Positions 63,132 through 64,000 of a DNA stretch of 64,000 bases are shown here, piece by piece; the stretch's first letter is position 1; every line of letters begins with the position of its first letter. Made by a program: the position numbers and the translations under genes. This DNA is from an uncultured delta proteobacterium (GTDB lineage: Bacteria > Myxococcota_A > UBA9160 > SMWR01): contig CAWHTE010000007.1 in the NCBI GenBank assembly GCA_963832165.1, positions 768,001 to 832,000 on the forward strand. The letters run 5' to 3'. The notes below the pieces were generated by a model, which was not told where the DNA came from, made no database searches, and saw only the letters and a program-made list of their open reading frames with translations.

Positions 63132-64000
63132 ATGGGCGAAGCCCTCGGCGTCTCGATCGGCGGGCTCGTCGCGATCGCGGCGCTCGTGCTGATGAACGCC
63201 TACTTCGTGGCGACCGAGTTCGCGCTCGTGGCGGTGCGCAGCACGCAGATGGAGCTCTGGCTGGCCGAGGGACGGCGCGGCGCTGCGTCGGCCGCGGTGG
63301 CGATCGAGCATCTCGACGATGCGTTCGCCGCGTGCCAGTTCGGCATCACGATGGCGAGCATCGCGCTCGGGTTCCTCGGTGAGCCCGTGCTCGCGGAGGT
63401 GATCGCACCGATGCTCGGCGCCGTGGGGGTCATGGCTCCGGCGGCGGTGCACTCGGTGGCGGTCGCGCTCGCATTCGCGATCGTGACCTTCCTGCACGTC
63501 GTCCTAGGCGAGCTCGCACCGCGTGCGCTGGCGCTCGACCGCCCTGGGACCGTGGCGCTCACGTGCGCGCGACCGCTGCTCGTGTTCGGCCGTGTATTCC
63601 GCCCGGTGCTGTGGCTGATGAACGCTTCCGGCAATCTACTCGTGCGCGCGCTCGGCATCCGCCCGTCTGGGCAGGCCGAGCGAGGTGCACACGGCCGAAG
63701 AGCTCTCGATGCTCGTCGCGGAGTCGCGCGCGGCCGGCGAGATCCGGCCCTACGCGGGCCGCATGCTCGGCAACGTGTTCCGGCTCGGGCGCACGCGGCT
63801 GCGCGACGTGATGATCCCGCGCGAGAAGGTCGTGGCGATCGAGCGCGGCATCCGCTCGGACGCGCTGCTCGACCTGATCAAGGAATCGGGCTTCACGCGC
63901 ATCCCCGTCTACGACGGCACGCTCGACAACGTGATCGGCATCCTGCACACGAAGGACCTGTTCCAGGTCTACGCCGACCGGCGCGTGGTGATCCTCGAAG
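63132..64000 (+). CDS. HlyC/CorC (CNNM + CBS) family protein, frameshift near 63680, runs off the window end
   Basis: NAYFVATEFALV, QFGIT, LHVVLGEL.P, VMIPR, GFTRIPVY. Confidence 0.9.
   Translation, partial: MGEALGVSIGGLVAIAALVLMNAYFVATEFALVAVRSTQMELWLAEGRRGAASAAVAIEHLDDAFAACQFGITMASIALGFLGEPVLAEVIAPMLGAVGVMAPAAVHSVAVALAFAIVTFLHVVLGELAPRALALDRPGTVALTCARPLLVFGRVFRPVLWLMNASGNLLVRALGIRPSGQAERGAHGRRALDARRGVARGRRDPALRGPHARQRVPARAHAAARRDDPAREGRGDRARHPLGRAARPDQGIGLHAHPRLRRHARQRDRHPAHEGPVPGLRRPARGDPR

Overview
This is a GC-rich bacterial window. Gene content (PEP-CTERM proteins, DUF6178-like protein, bacterial histone, TMTC-like glycosyltransferase) suggests Myxococcota or a related deltaproteobacterium; that is inference only. 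Most of it is catabolic/redox genes: AOR+MoaD, LLM oxidoreductase, SDRs, GSTs, a molybdopterin oxidoreductase, a BVMO, an IOR-family enzyme, a CoA transferase, esterases, ilvD and ltaE. Four accessory regions stand out. (1) A two-partner secretion locus at 4.8-13.4 kb, where the hemagglutinin-like passenger runs in frame into a CHAT protease and PEP-CTERM genes lie alongside. (2) A degraded HNH-nuclease gene at 31-32 kb bracketed by a palindrome that recurs at 46.2 kb. (3) An integron cassette array at 46.3-50 kb with an attI-like site but no integrase. An IS110/IS1111-family element sits inside its first attC, and the IS 3' non-coding end has two parallel loops matching the attC target and the IS donor junction, as expected of a bridge/seek RNA. 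(4) A bacterial histone with a Lys-rich N-terminal tail at 58.3 kb. A structured RNA leader also precedes a DUF1062 gene. Many genes have single-base frameshifts, probably long-read assembly errors. All calls come from reading motifs by eye; no database searches were run.
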